From Candidatus Hermodarchaeota archaeon (GTDB lineage: Archaea; Asgardarchaeota; Hermodarchaeia; Hermodarchaeales; Hermodarchaeaceae), in assembly GCA_016839365.1 (NCBI GenBank), contig JAEOUH010000071.1, positions 1-64,000 of the forward strand: DNA of 64,000 nt, read 5' to 3'. A model generated the notes under the pieces. That model made no database searches. It saw only the letters and a program-made list of their open reading frames with translations, and was not told the DNA's origin. The stretch's first letter is position 1; each line of letters starts with the position of its first letter. The position numbers were made by a program, and so were the translations under genes. This document shows, in pieces, positions 29,464 to 39,755 of this stretch.

Positions 29464-31044
29464 TTAGGCTGAATCGAAAAATGCTTTGCCAAAAGAGTGG
29501 AACAATAGTTCTTTGATCATTGGTGCTGCAGGATTTTGACTGGCATACATAAAGTATACTAGGCTCCCAAAAATAGGAACAAGCATGCTACTTGAGAACG
29601 CTTTCCATGAATTAATTCGTAATTTAGGTCGCCAGATATCCAGGTTAAGTTTCCATGCCCGTTTAAAGACTTCCCATTGTAAATCAGTTAAGGCTTCGAT
29701 TTCTGGCTGACTTCCCGTACTTAGAATCGATGGACGTAATGGTACCCATAGGAGAGGTGTGACAAAGAGCCTCATTCCTTTCATGTCGTCGAGGAGTTCA
29801 AGTGTAGCGTTTACATCTTCTTCCTCTTCTTCAGGTAAACCTACTAGCCAAGTTGTGAGAGGGAACCACCGATTATCGTTGAGAATGCCAATAGCTTGTT
29901 TCACGATTTCAGGCCACTGTTCAGGTTTGAAGGGAATCGATTTCCCAGCCATCCGTTTTTTAAAGAGGCGGACACTGCCAGTTTCAATCCCTGCTTCAGC
30001 GGTGACATAGGGTTGGCCACCCCGTCGATACCGGCCATGTGAGACAAGAAGTTCTGCAACCTCTTCAGTACATTTGGGATCCGCCACAACCGGGGCTAAG
30101 GCAATATGAGCTGGCTGAATATATTTCAACCCGGGAACCTTGACCAGATTTTCAATTAGATTCACTATTGCTTTCCGATTTGGTATAAAGCGTGAAGAGT
30201 TCAATCCATAGAGAAATAGGTCCTCAGTAGCCAAAATGGTCATATCATTTCCAGATTCAACATTGACAATGACTTCCTTGAGGATTTGATCCAAGGAAAC
30301 TGAAAAGCGAGTACGTTGCGTAGGCGAACAAAATTGGCACCCACGACCACAACCTCGCGTAATCTCAACAGTGCCATGAAGAGACCCCCCTCGAATGACT
30401 GGGATTTCTTCGGGTTTTCGAAGCACACCACCAGTCGTGGTAGTAGGAAGCCGTTCACCCTTTACTGCTTGATTAAAAAGCTTTACAACGGAGGGTCCGA
30501 CCTCGCCTGTTACAACACAGTCAATGCCAAGGCTTTCTCGCGCAGTAGGTCCTCCAACCTGCCAGGCACCAGCTCCCCCGACAATGACCTTTGCCTGCCC
30601 TTTGTCATGTATCTTGGCGATTGGGGTGTTTCTTAAGAGATGCTTAAACGCGCGTCGATTTCGAGGCTCTGTACCAAGCGCGAACATACTCGAATATGTA
30701 AGGCTCACATAAGCAATGCCTAATGGATCCATGCTTGAGATCCCGACTACACGTGTATCGGCTCCGATGAATTGCTTCAAGTTCTTAGGATGTACTACTG
30801 CTAAATCAGATTCATCAAAACCATTATTGAGAAGTAGTGCCTCTACTTTCCTTAGCCCATAAGGTGCGATGCTGGCTCGACCATTAGGCAGATCATCTTC
30901 TTTGGGCATGTAAAAAGGCTTGAGGAAGCTGGGTATGAGAAGAAATGACCCAGCGAATGCTCCAAATGGGTCATCACCAAAATGACTCATTTCAATTTCG
31001 GAAGCAGTTAATATGATTTTTGTGCCGTTCCTCGTTTGAGCCAT
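29464..31044 (-). CDS. B12-binding-domain radical SAM protein
   Basis: APYGLRKVEA, SSMDPLG, VGGAGAWQ, EITRGCGRGCQFC, GIETGS. Confidence 0.9.
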   Translation of the reverse strand: MAQTRNGTKIILTASEIEMSHFGDDPFGAFAGSFLLIPSFLKPFYMPKEDDLPNGRASIAPYGLRKVEALLLNNGFDESDLAVVHPKNLKQFIGADTRVVGISSMDPLGIAYVSLTYSSMFALGTEPRNRRAFKHLLRNTPIAKIHDKGQAKVIVGGAGAWQVGGPTARESLGIDCVVTGEVGPSVVKLFNQAVKGERLPTTTTGGVLRKPEEIPVIRGGSLHGTVEITRGCGRGCQFCSPTQRTRFSVSLDQILKEVIVNVESGNDMTILATEDLFLYGLNSSRFIPNRKAIVNLIENLVKVPGLKYIQPAHIALAPVVADPKCTEEVAELLVSHGRYRRGGQPYVTAEAGIETGSVRLFKKRMAGKSIPFKPEQWPEIVKQAIGILNDNRWFPLTTWLVGLPEEEEEDVNATLELLDDMKGMRLFVTPLLWVPLRPSILSTGSQPEIEALTDLQWEVFKRAWKLNLDIWRPKLRINSWKAFSSSMLVPIFGSLVYFMYASQNPAAPMIKELLFHSFGKAFFDSA

Positions 31045-31139
31045 TTAACGACCTCATGAGAGCGCGCAACGGGTCAATGCTTTCTTAATCCACAAAAAGC
31101 TTCTGCCTATTAATAAGAAAAAAGAATTGAGGAGTTCAA

Positions 31140-31601
31140 TTAAGGTTGCTCGAATTGAGATTGCAGGTTTTTGAGTGTCTGGCGAGCATCGGCCCGAATC
31201 TGTTCATCAAGTTGTTGCCGGGTCTCTTCATCGAGTTTGCGTCCAAGGAATACTTCAGGCAAGTCATAGGTGATTTCGTAAGTCACCCGTGTACCGTTCG
31301 CGGTGTGCTCGAAAAACCACCGAGCATCCTTGAAAGGTTGTCCCGAAAGTGATCGAACGTGTAAGGATCGACCTAGTTGAAGTTCAACAACTTCTAATTC
31401 TTGAGTAAAGCGAAAGTCCTTGACACTGACGCCCATAGCGAAGCGGGCACCGACACCCCATAGGGCCTCTGTGGTTGGATCATAGCTTGTTACTGAAGCG
31501 ATGAGCTTGGGAACATTCCGATGATTTACGGCATATTTGAACACTTGCTCAAGAGGAGCTTTGATTTCGATACTTTCGCTGACATCTGTCATTTTCTGCA
31601 T
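31140..31601 (-). CDS. SRPBCC / polyketide-cyclase-like (START superfamily) protein
   Basis: SIEIKAPLEQVF...W.F..TANGTRVTY pattern. Confidence 0.82.
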   Translation of the reverse strand: MQKMTDVSESIEIKAPLEQVFKYAVNHRNVPKLIASVTSYDPTTEALWGVGARFAMGVSVKDFRFTQELEVVELQLGRSLHVRSLSGQPFKDARWFFEHTANGTRVTYEITYDLPEVFLGRKLDEETRQQLDEQIRADARQTLKNLQSQFEQP

Positions 31602-31637
31602 CCTTCTATTCTTAGCTAGCCTTTCAGTTCTTAAAAT

Positions 31638-32966
31638 TTAGCGATGTAAGTATTCATCCCATTCGAAATCTGTAATCGTTTCGTGTGTGTATCGATGCCA
31701 TTCCGCTTCCCGAATAGCTTTGTAAACATCACAGAACTTTTTGCCTAGAACCTCACATAGAACATCGTCACTATGGAGCGCATGAAGCGCGCCCTTGAGA
31801 GATTCAGGAAGTTGTAATATTTTCATTTGGTTCAATCTTTTTGGCGTAAGTTCGTATACATTTTCAGTGACAGGTTCTGGAGGCTGAAGTTTACGTTGAA
31901 CACCAGTAATACCCGCGCCCAGTAAAACAGCGAATAGAAGGTATGGATTCGCAAGAGGGTCGGGAGAACGGAATTCCACCGCAGCTTTTTCAACACTGTT
32001 GAAGAGAGGAATTCGTATCAGTGTTGAACGGTTAAGATAACCCCAACTTATGTAAACTGGGGCTTCAAACCCGGGAACCAGTCGTTTGAAGGAATTCACC
32101 GTCGGATTAGCTAGCGCTGTGATTCCAGGAGCATGTTTGAGTAGACCAGCAACGAAATGTAATCCGGTGTCAGAGAGGGTGCCATCAGGCATTCCTAATA
32201 AGTTTTGATTGCCTTTCCATAGTTGGAGATGACAATGAAGACCACTCCCTGCTTCACTGGAAAAGGGTTTAGGCATGAAACTAACTTCAACATCATAGAG
32301 GGCGGCGCGTCGGCGGAGAAGCAGTTTGAAGATTATGAAATTGTCTGCGGCTTGTCCGAGCTCAGTGAAAGCTAGTTCAATTTCCTGTTGGCTTTGTCCA
32401 TGCTCTGAATGTAGCCAAGCCGTTTCGATTCCGATAGCTCGTAAATCAAGGGCTGTTTCAAGCAGAAGATCCATACCCCGATTTTCAGGAAAAATATCCG
32501 CATATTCTGCGTCGTCGAGTGGCACCCCATCTGTGGTCAAGAAGTAGAATTCTGGTTCGAGTTTGACTCGTATTTGAAGACCATTGGCAGCGAGCTGTTC
32601 CAGGTTCTGTTTTAGAATTGTGCGTGGTGCCATTGGATGAGGAGTGAGGTCTCCATCTGGTCCACGTTGGTAAACGTCAGCAATGACTACTGCGCGTCGA
32701 GGATGGCTATTTGGTAATTCTTGAATAGTGGAAATATCTGGAACCAACTGGAGATCTGATGTAGTAATTGAGGCTAATCCCTTCACCGACGACCCATCAA
32801 CACCACAACTGGGAACCAGGGAGGAGTCCTTCTTGAGTGCTGAAATGGAATCAACGGGGTTGATGGGTACCGTCATGCCCTTGGGAACACCATCAATATC
32901 GACCGTGAGTAATTCGACGAAGTGCAGTTTTCCTCGGCTTTCAGCTGGATTCATTTCACCAGGCAT
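31638..32966 (-). CDS. glnA: glutamine synthetase family protein (GS type I-like)
   Basis: DGSS, EPEFY, HSEHGQSQQEI, FMPKP, GSGLHCH, SFKRLVPGFEAP, NRS.LIRIP, EFRSPDPLANPYL. Could be a gamma-glutamyl ligase paralog. Confidence 0.88.
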   Translation of the reverse strand: MPGEMNPAESRGKLHFVELLTVDIDGVPKGMTVPINPVDSISALKKDSSLVPSCGVDGSSVKGLASITTSDLQLVPDISTIQELPNSHPRRAVVIADVYQRGPDGDLTPHPMAPRTILKQNLEQLAANGLQIRVKLEPEFYFLTTDGVPLDDAEYADIFPENRGMDLLLETALDLRAIGIETAWLHSEHGQSQQEIELAFTELGQAADNFIIFKLLLRRRAALYDVEVSFMPKPFSSEAGSGLHCHLQLWKGNQNLLGMPDGTLSDTGLHFVAGLLKHAPGITALANPTVNSFKRLVPGFEAPVYISWGYLNRSTLIRIPLFNSVEKAAVEFRSPDPLANPYLLFAVLLGAGITGVQRKLQPPEPVTENVYELTPKRLNQMKILQLPESLKGALHALHSDDVLCEVLGKKFCDVYKAIREAEWHRYTHETITDFEWDEYLHR

Positions 32967-33115
32967 ACTTGGACCTCCACTCTATAATTGGGAGAGATAG
33001 AACAGGGATGTGTGCTTTTAAAGCTTGATATGGAGTATATCTACCATCAATCCTTCATAGATTTGGATAAGTTTATTGGGATATACCCCGTTTTGAGCAT
33101 AAGAGGGCAATCTGT

Positions 33116-35047
33116 ATGAAAGGGGCGCGATCACTTTTTTGTCTCCTCCTTATCCTGCTCTTTCTTCTTCCTTCAAACGCCCCAATCGATTTTAGGACCT
33201 CCCAATCATCGCCAACTCCTCAAATGGTCTCAACCTTACCCAATAGGGACCAGGTATTAGATTCCTCACCAGAGAAGTCGACGTTTTCGTCGAATGGAAA
33301 TGCTCCCCGGAATTGGACAGTTCTTGTGTATATGGCTGCAGACAATGATCAGGAATTTGCTGCCATTGAAAACATCAAAGAAATGGAAGTTGTTGGGTCA
33401 ACCGAGCAGGTGAATATCCTAGTCTATGTGGATTTCCTGACTAACAACACAAGCTATGGTCCAGGAGCCTACACCTTCAATATTACAAAGGATGAGCCGC
33501 CGTTGAATAACACAATTGTTTCTGAGCCCTTGAATACTACGCTACCTGATGAGCCCAATATGGGGGATCCCACTACTCTTTTCGGCTTTATCGAATTTGG
33601 CCAAAACTATTCTCAGGCCGCTAACTATCTCCTCATCCTATGGGATAAGGGAGGAGGTTACAAGGGAGTATGTTATGATGACACCAGTGGTGGAGACCAT
33701 CTCCTCCTTCCTGAACTCGCGACTGTCCTCGAAAATGATACCCTCGAGCCCATCACTCTCATTGCCTTTGACGCTTCATTCATGGGGCAAATGGAACTCG
33801 CTTACGAGTTAAAGGACAGCACCGAGTTCATCGTTTTCTCAGAAGAGGCAGTTCCTAACCAGCATTTCCCCTACCACATTATTTTCAATAGCCTCATTTC
33901 ACACGAAGATTCAAGTCCATACTTATTGGCGAAAGAAATCATTGACCGCTACATTGAAGCCTACTCCCCCCTCGGAACATACCATAATCCAGTTTCACCA
34001 CAGACTCGGCTTTGCCTTTCAGTCGTTAACACAACACTAGTAGGTGATGTCTTCGATTGGTTCAATCGAACCACTACCTGGCTAACCACTGGTTATAACA
34101 CTCTTACTTACTATCAAGAAATCAGTGCCGCACGGGGATTAACTCAACAGTTCAACCTGCCTTACTACATCGATTTAGGTGGCTTCGCCTATCAACTCTC
34201 ACAGTTAATACAGAATATCACATTCACACATTATACTGGGAATCTTAGCCTCAGTATTCAGGCAGCAGTTTCCTACAACCGTGCCCTCTCCGGGCTACCT
34301 GGTACGTCAGGGCTAGCCATAAATTTCAACTCTTATGAGCCAGTGTCACTGGCACTTCTAAATAATGCCGTATACGAAGAGTTTCTTTCCACGTTCCTTA
34401 GCCTTGGAGAAACAACAGACACCTCCATTATCTCATTGACACTTGGTCCCCTTCAGGGGTACCTGGATGGAAAAGATGACTCCGTATTTTATCGGTTCAC
34501 CTCACAAATCGCTGTGGAGCATACCATCACGCTTGGCGCATTTCAATCCACTGACGACGACTTTGACCTCTATTTATATGATAGTAATCTGAACCTCCTC
34601 ACCCGATCTGTCGGCTTAGCATCCGATGAAGCCATACAATGGGTTCTGATTCCTGGACGGCTCTACTATATACATGTTCATTCCAGTCCACGAGCTGAGA
34701 TCACATATGGACTCGGTTCATTTGAAGTGCGTATAATTCCAAGTTCACCGATTAATCCAGCAACAGTTGCACTGCATATTGGAATCATCGTGGCCATCAT
34801 CTGTTTACTCTTTCTTGCGCTCTACATCATCTGGCGTAATCGAGAACACATCACAGGAGCCATTGAACGATATCGGGTCCGACGAGTGGCGAGGCGACTC
34901 CAACCTGAAGCATCGACGGGAACTATACAATCAACCGCTACGCCCGGAGCTTGTTTGAAGTGTGGTGAACAGCTCCCTGAGGATGCACGATTCTGCCCCA
35001 ACTGCGGCGAAACTTTCGAGGATTCTTCAGGCGAGACCAAGGATTAG
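33116..35047 (+). CDS. clostripain-fold (C11) membrane protein with substituted catalytic dyad, PPC-like domain, TM helix and cytoplasmic zinc ribbon
   Basis: WTVLVYMAADN, EPNMGDPTTL..F, YLLILWDKGGG, FDASFMGQMELAYEL, SEE; DFDLYLYD; CLKCG..FCPNCG. Confidence 0.85.
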   Translation: MKGARSLFCLLLILLFLLPSNAPIDFRTSQSSPTPQMVSTLPNRDQVLDSSPEKSTFSSNGNAPRNWTVLVYMAADNDQEFAAIENIKEMEVVGSTEQVNILVYVDFLTNNTSYGPGAYTFNITKDEPPLNNTIVSEPLNTTLPDEPNMGDPTTLFGFIEFGQNYSQAANYLLILWDKGGGYKGVCYDDTSGGDHLLLPELATVLENDTLEPITLIAFDASFMGQMELAYELKDSTEFIVFSEEAVPNQHFPYHIIFNSLISHEDSSPYLLAKEIIDRYIEAYSPLGTYHNPVSPQTRLCLSVVNTTLVGDVFDWFNRTTTWLTTGYNTLTYYQEISAARGLTQQFNLPYYIDLGGFAYQLSQLIQNITFTHYTGNLSLSIQAAVSYNRALSGLPGTSGLAINFNSYEPVSLALLNNAVYEEFLSTFLSLGETTDTSIISLTLGPLQGYLDGKDDSVFYRFTSQIAVEHTITLGAFQSTDDDFDLYLYDSNLNLLTRSVGLASDEAIQWVLIPGRLYYIHVHSSPRAEITYGLGSFEVRIIPSSPINPATVALHIGIIVAIICLLFLALYIIWRNREHITGAIERYRVRRVARRLQPEASTGTIQSTATPGACLKCGEQLPEDARFCPNCGETFEDSSGETKD

Positions 35048-36831
35048 TCCTTGAGAAGGGCTTCTAGTTGGGATATGAACTCTTCAGCTTGCTTCATGCC
35101 CAGGCCCCAGAAGTCTTCCTTCGAAATATCAAAGCCTAGTTCATCCGCCAGTTCTCGTGGGGAGCTAGTACTGCCTGCTGAGAGTAGTCGCCTAAGCTTA
35201 GGTACGAAGTCCTGTCCTTGTTCTTTATAGAGCCGGTAAAGAGCATACACAAACAAATTAGCAAAAACGTATGGGTAGTTGTAAAGTCGATACCTAGGAA
35301 TGTAGTAATGTCCCTTGAAGGTCCACTCCCACTTGCTTTCTGGCAGCCACTCTACTGCATCGCCAAACATACGGTCTCGACCCTCCACCCAGTATTTCGA
35401 AATAGTTTCTCCGTCAAGATACTCACCTCGCTCAAATGCAGCATACATATCCATTTCGAAGAAATATCGAGCAGTGACTTGGAATACGGTTTGTCCAAAT
35501 TCGTCAAGGACCCTTCCTAACACTTCCAACTTCTCATCCTTGGTTTTTGCTTCAGCAAGGAGTTTGTCTGTGAGAAGTAGTTCGCCAAAGATACTCCCAA
35601 CTTCTGCAATACAGCTGCCGATATCCATATTGATGGGTTTGTGTTTTGCAGTCATGAGATAATCGTGGACGGCATGACCGTTCTCATGGACTAAGGTAAA
35701 GACTTCGCCCAGTTTGCCATTATAGCTCATAAGGATGAATGCTGACTTTCCTGCATTCCAGGAGGCACAGAATGCTCCTTGGCGTTTGCCTTCACGAACA
35801 TCTCCATCAATGCGGTGCTTATCAAACATTTCCGCAACAATTTCAGCAAGATCCGGATCAAATCCTTGGTAAGTATCGAAGGCTATTTGCCGAGCTTCGT
35901 TCCATGTGAAACTGTGTTCAGGCATATTGGGTAATGGTGCGACCACGTCCCATTCACCGAGTTTGGGGACCTTCATTATCTTCGCTTTCAATCGAAGATA
36001 CTTCTGATAAAGAGCAGTATGGTTATCGACGGTATTGATCAGCGCATCGATGGTCTCGTCATCAACATCGTTGTCAATAAGGCTCTGTGTACGAGGAGAT
36101 GGCCATTTACGTTTCTTGCTAGTCTCTACATGGTCACCGATTATGGCACGGACAGCACTGGCCCAGAGAATCTGGTCTTTTCCAAGACCTGTCCAGATGA
36201 TGCTCTTAGCCGCTTTACGAACATCACGATCTGAGTCCTCGAAGAGGGCATGAATCTGTGTGAACGGCATTTGCTTCAGCTCCCCTTCGATTTCAATTTC
36301 AAACATCCGTGTCGAGAGCCAGTCACTATGGAGCTGCTGCCAAGAGTTAATGCCAAACTGGTCCTTCTGAATAATCAGTTGCTCAAGCTCTTCACTTAGC
36401 ATATGTGGTGCGGTCCGAGCTGCCTTTTCAAGAGCATGTTTGTACTCAGCTAGCTCAGGATTCTTAATAAGTTCAGGTCTCGCTGCAACCAACTGGGCAA
36501 GTTCTATCTCTGAGAAAGCCAACAGTTGTCCTATCTTCGAGCTCATTCGTCTTGCCAAATCAGCTACCTGTTTGGCATCTTCGTCAAGCGAATTGGCGGC
36601 GTAAGCAAGATATGCATATAAGAACGCCCCTTCACGTTTCAAATACTGGTCTTGGGTTTTTTCGAGAAACGATAACAATTCCTTTGGGTTTAGCTTTCTG
36701 ATTTTTCCTTTATACTCAGATGCCAACGCTTCTGCATCTTGGACTGCTTTTTCCATTTGCATTTTCAAACTGTCGAGTTTCGTCGAAGGAACCATTGGGC
36801 TTAGGTCCCACGACTCACCTTTAATCGTCAT
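35044..36831 (-). CDS. pepF: M3 oligoendopeptidase F
   Basis: WDLS, GKRQGAFC, HENGHAVH, AEVGSIFGE, YNYPY. Start ATG 36831; the track extension overlaps the neighbouring kinase. Confidence 0.93.
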   Translation of the reverse strand: MTIKGESWDLSPMVPSTKLDSLKMQMEKAVQDAEALASEYKGKIRKLNPKELLSFLEKTQDQYLKREGAFLYAYLAYAANSLDEDAKQVADLARRMSSKIGQLLAFSEIELAQLVAARPELIKNPELAEYKHALEKAARTAPHMLSEELEQLIIQKDQFGINSWQQLHSDWLSTRMFEIEIEGELKQMPFTQIHALFEDSDRDVRKAAKSIIWTGLGKDQILWASAVRAIIGDHVETSKKRKWPSPRTQSLIDNDVDDETIDALINTVDNHTALYQKYLRLKAKIMKVPKLGEWDVVAPLPNMPEHSFTWNEARQIAFDTYQGFDPDLAEIVAEMFDKHRIDGDVREGKRQGAFCASWNAGKSAFILMSYNGKLGEVFTLVHENGHAVHDYLMTAKHKPINMDIGSCIAEVGSIFGELLLTDKLLAEAKTKDEKLEVLGRVLDEFGQTVFQVTARYFFEMDMYAAFERGEYLDGETISKYWVEGRDRMFGDAVEWLPESKWEWTFKGHYYIPRYRLYNYPYVFANLFVYALYRLYKEQGQDFVPKLRRLLSAGSTSSPRELADELGFDISKEDFWGLGMKQAEEFISQLEALLKD

Positions 36832-36931
36832 AATAGTACGCCCCATCATGCAATGAGGTTTGGGGTTAAAAGTTACGTGGATGAATAAGCTTTGACTAAA
36901 CACGCTGAAGATAAGCGAATTCCAACTCCTG

Positions 36932-38464
36932 TTAGGTATTGAGTTGAAAGCAGACACCACTGAACTGGTCGAAGATGGAACGGAATGCTTTGTAGAGTTT
37001 ATTGTAAGTGGATACCCGCTCTGGGTCAGGCTTAACCTCTCGATCATAGGTAAAAAGATGTTGAAGGTCATCAAAGGACTTGAACTCACCTAAGGCTACT
37101 GCAGCTAATAACGCGACCCCTACGGTACCAGCATCTTGCAGAGTAGTCACACGCTTCAAGGGTACATTGAGCACATCGGCGAATATTTGCATCCAAAGAT
37201 CACTTTTGGCTCCACCCCCACAGATGTTTAAGCCAGGGAAAGAGTGCCCCATACCCTCTAGTACTTCTTTGACCCACCGTGTGTTATAAGCTACTCCTTC
37301 CAGTACTGCTCGGACCATATGGGCCCGTTGATGGTCAAAACTCAGATTCAAGAAAGCACTGCGGATGAAGGGATTGATGAAAGGACACCGCTCACCAATG
37401 GGCCAAGGCAAGTATATGAGATTTCGACTACCAGGAGGAACTTGTTTTGCTTTCTCAGTGATGAGATCATAGACATCAATGTTGGCAGCGGAGGCCTCCT
37501 TAATCTCAGCAGTGCACACATTATCCACTAGCCATGCTAAGCATGCCCCCGCACTCTCCATATGTCCGGTTAATAGTAGTCGGCCTGGTATGGCACTCTC
37601 TACAGTTCCTGCTCCGGCTAGATCAAATTGTGGCTCATCTTGGTGTTGGGCAATCCAACCTGACGATCCGACATATAGGTGAGGTTCTTTGGGTTTTAAT
37701 GCACCAGACCCAATCGGAACAGCCACCATATCACCACAGCCACACACAACCTGGGTTTCAGCTGTTAATCCCATCTGTTTGGCTGCTTCAGGTGAAAGGG
37801 TTCCCAAAATATCAGTGGTCTTTTTGATTATTGCCAACTGGTCCATTGAAAGCCCTAATCCTTCTTCGATGATTTCGGGTTGGGGTTCATGATGATCAAT
37901 CCGAAAATAATTCCACAGACATGCATGACTCCAATCAGTATAGAAATCACCTACACCGGCCTGGAAGAGAATCCAGTCTTTGACATCTACAAACTTCGCT
38001 GCTTTTTTGAAAATATGGGGTTCCTCATGCTTCACCCATAGAATCTTGGGTAGGGGATCCTTTGCGGAAGCGACGGGGATGATATTCTTTGCCAGCATGT
38101 CTGGAATAGTGAACTGGTTCATCAATGGAGTTACATAATCAACAGATCGTACATCGAGCCACAAGATCGTCTTCCGAAGGGGACGTCCCTTCTTATCCAC
38201 AGGAATCACCGAGGCCATCATTGCGTCAACTGTGAAGGCAGTGATTGAACGGGGATCGATACCGGTTTGGTTAATGATCTCCCGGGATGTGGTGGTGATG
38301 GCATCCCAATAGACCTTTGGATCTTGTTCCGCCCATCGCTCCTTGGGGTACTCTACATGATAGGCTTGTGTTGCAGTGCCTTGAACACAGCCTTGCATAT
38401 CAATGATACTGGATTTGGTAGCACTGGTGCCTAAATCACAAGCAAGAATATAGTTGGCAGACAT
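36932..38464 (-). CDS. FGGY-family carbohydrate kinase (xylulokinase-like)
   Basis: DLGTSATK, WAEQDP, WLDVRS, GERCP, RAVLEGVAY, GGGAKSDLWMQIFADV. Confidence 0.92.
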   Translation of the reverse strand: MSANYILACDLGTSATKSSIIDMQGCVQGTATQAYHVEYPKERWAEQDPKVYWDAITTTSREIINQTGIDPRSITAFTVDAMMASVIPVDKKGRPLRKTILWLDVRSVDYVTPLMNQFTIPDMLAKNIIPVASAKDPLPKILWVKHEEPHIFKKAAKFVDVKDWILFQAGVGDFYTDWSHACLWNYFRIDHHEPQPEIIEEGLGLSMDQLAIIKKTTDILGTLSPEAAKQMGLTAETQVVCGCGDMVAVPIGSGALKPKEPHLYVGSSGWIAQHQDEPQFDLAGAGTVESAIPGRLLLTGHMESAGACLAWLVDNVCTAEIKEASAANIDVYDLITEKAKQVPPGSRNLIYLPWPIGERCPFINPFIRSAFLNLSFDHQRAHMVRAVLEGVAYNTRWVKEVLEGMGHSFPGLNICGGGAKSDLWMQIFADVLNVPLKRVTTLQDAGTVGVALLAAVALGEFKSFDDLQHLFTYDREVKPDPERVSTYNKLYKAFRSIFDQFSGVCFQLNT

Positions 38465-38524
38465 TTCGAGGCCTCCCGGGTATTAAGGGTAGAAACCTGG
38501 TTAAAGGCTTATTCCACTGAACCC

Positions 38525-39622
38525 TTACTGCTCTATCGCGTTTCTTAGGGAGTCCAAACAGGCTTCGTTTTGTGCTTGGGTGCCGACGGTAATGCGAATG
38601 AACTGCCCTACTAATCCAGCTTTTCCAGTATAGTCTCGGACGATGATACCGTCCTGCAAGAGTTTCTGAGAAATTTTATTCGAATCTGCATTAGATGCAG
38701 TAAATTGTGTTAGTACAAAGTTAGTTCTTGAGGGAAAAGCTCTAACATTGGGTAATCCGTTGAGAGACTTTTCCAAGAATTCTCGACCAGCCTTGATTTC
38801 CTTTTTCACATAATTCAGATATTGAGTATCGCCTAGCGCGGCAACGGCTGCAGCTGCGGTGATGCGGTTAACTGGAAAGTGGTGTACAACCTTTGTGAGA
38901 TAATCAGCCAATTCGGGGTTTGTGATAGCATAGCCAAGGCGTAATCCTGCAAAACCGAATGCCTTAGCCATGGTCCGAGTGATGATGAGGTTTGAGTGAT
39001 TATGAATAAAGTGCGCGAGGCTGGTGTCAGCAAAGTCGAAATACGCTTCATCAACAACAATAAGCAAATCCAGGTCAAGTAAACGCTTGAACTCACTTTC
39101 GGGAATACAGTTGCCCACAGGATTATTCGGACTTACTAAAATGATTTCTTTAGTAGCTGGTGTAATGGTATTAAAGACATGATCAAGATTCCAAGTGTAA
39201 TCAGGAGGGGGGCGTGGAGCGAGTTGGGAGGTTCCTCCAAAGATGGCGAGACGTAGTTGATAGGGTCCGTAATCAGGAGGAATAAAGAGCGCCGCTTCTC
39301 TGGGATTAAGGAAGCCATGATAGAAGGCATCAATGAATTGGGTCGATCCATTTCCGACGACAATCTGAGTATCGGGAAATCCTGTATAGGTTGAGAGTGC
39401 CTTTTTGAGTTCATAGTAGGAGGAGTCGGGGTATAAGTGAGCGGTATCCAGGGCTTCGATAGCTGCTTGCCGGGCTTGGGGGGAAATCCCGAAAGGAAGC
39501 TCATTGCCCATAAGCCGTGCATAATCATCACGAAGTTCGTAAAGTTTTCTGAGGAGCGCTGTGGGGCTGTATGCAACACCTTTCTGAATGTGTGGCTTTA
39601 GCAGATGTGAAATGTCACCCAT
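38525..39622 (-). CDS. hisC: histidinol-phosphate aminotransferase (class I/II PLP)
   Basis: GNGS, SPNNPVG, VDEAY, RTMAKAFGFAGLRLGY, IRITVG. Confidence 0.88.
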   Translation of the reverse strand: MGDISHLLKPHIQKGVAYSPTALLRKLYELRDDYARLMGNELPFGISPQARQAAIEALDTAHLYPDSSYYELKKALSTYTGFPDTQIVVGNGSTQFIDAFYHGFLNPREAALFIPPDYGPYQLRLAIFGGTSQLAPRPPPDYTWNLDHVFNTITPATKEIILVSPNNPVGNCIPESEFKRLLDLDLLIVVDEAYFDFADTSLAHFIHNHSNLIITRTMAKAFGFAGLRLGYAITNPELADYLTKVVHHFPVNRITAAAAVAALGDTQYLNYVKKEIKAGREFLEKSLNGLPNVRAFPSRTNFVLTQFTASNADSNKISQKLLQDGIIVRDYTGKAGLVGQFIRITVGTQAQNEACLDSLRNAIEQ

Positions 39623-39755
39623 CGTGTATTCTCACCCTGGATCAATAATGGTATTGAGCTGTTTCAGTTGCGGTATATCTTAAAACCGATGGTTGTACCG
39701 AAATCTAGTTCAGCCTATTAGGCTCAGATTTTTCCGCTATCCGGCTCGCTTTTAA

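Noticed and set aside
36832-37089. Long N-terminal extensions in the ORF track (pepF, also bzdP, tldD, pmbA, iorB)
   Set aside because: They overlap neighbouring genes; better SD-supported or homology-consistent starts exist downstream.
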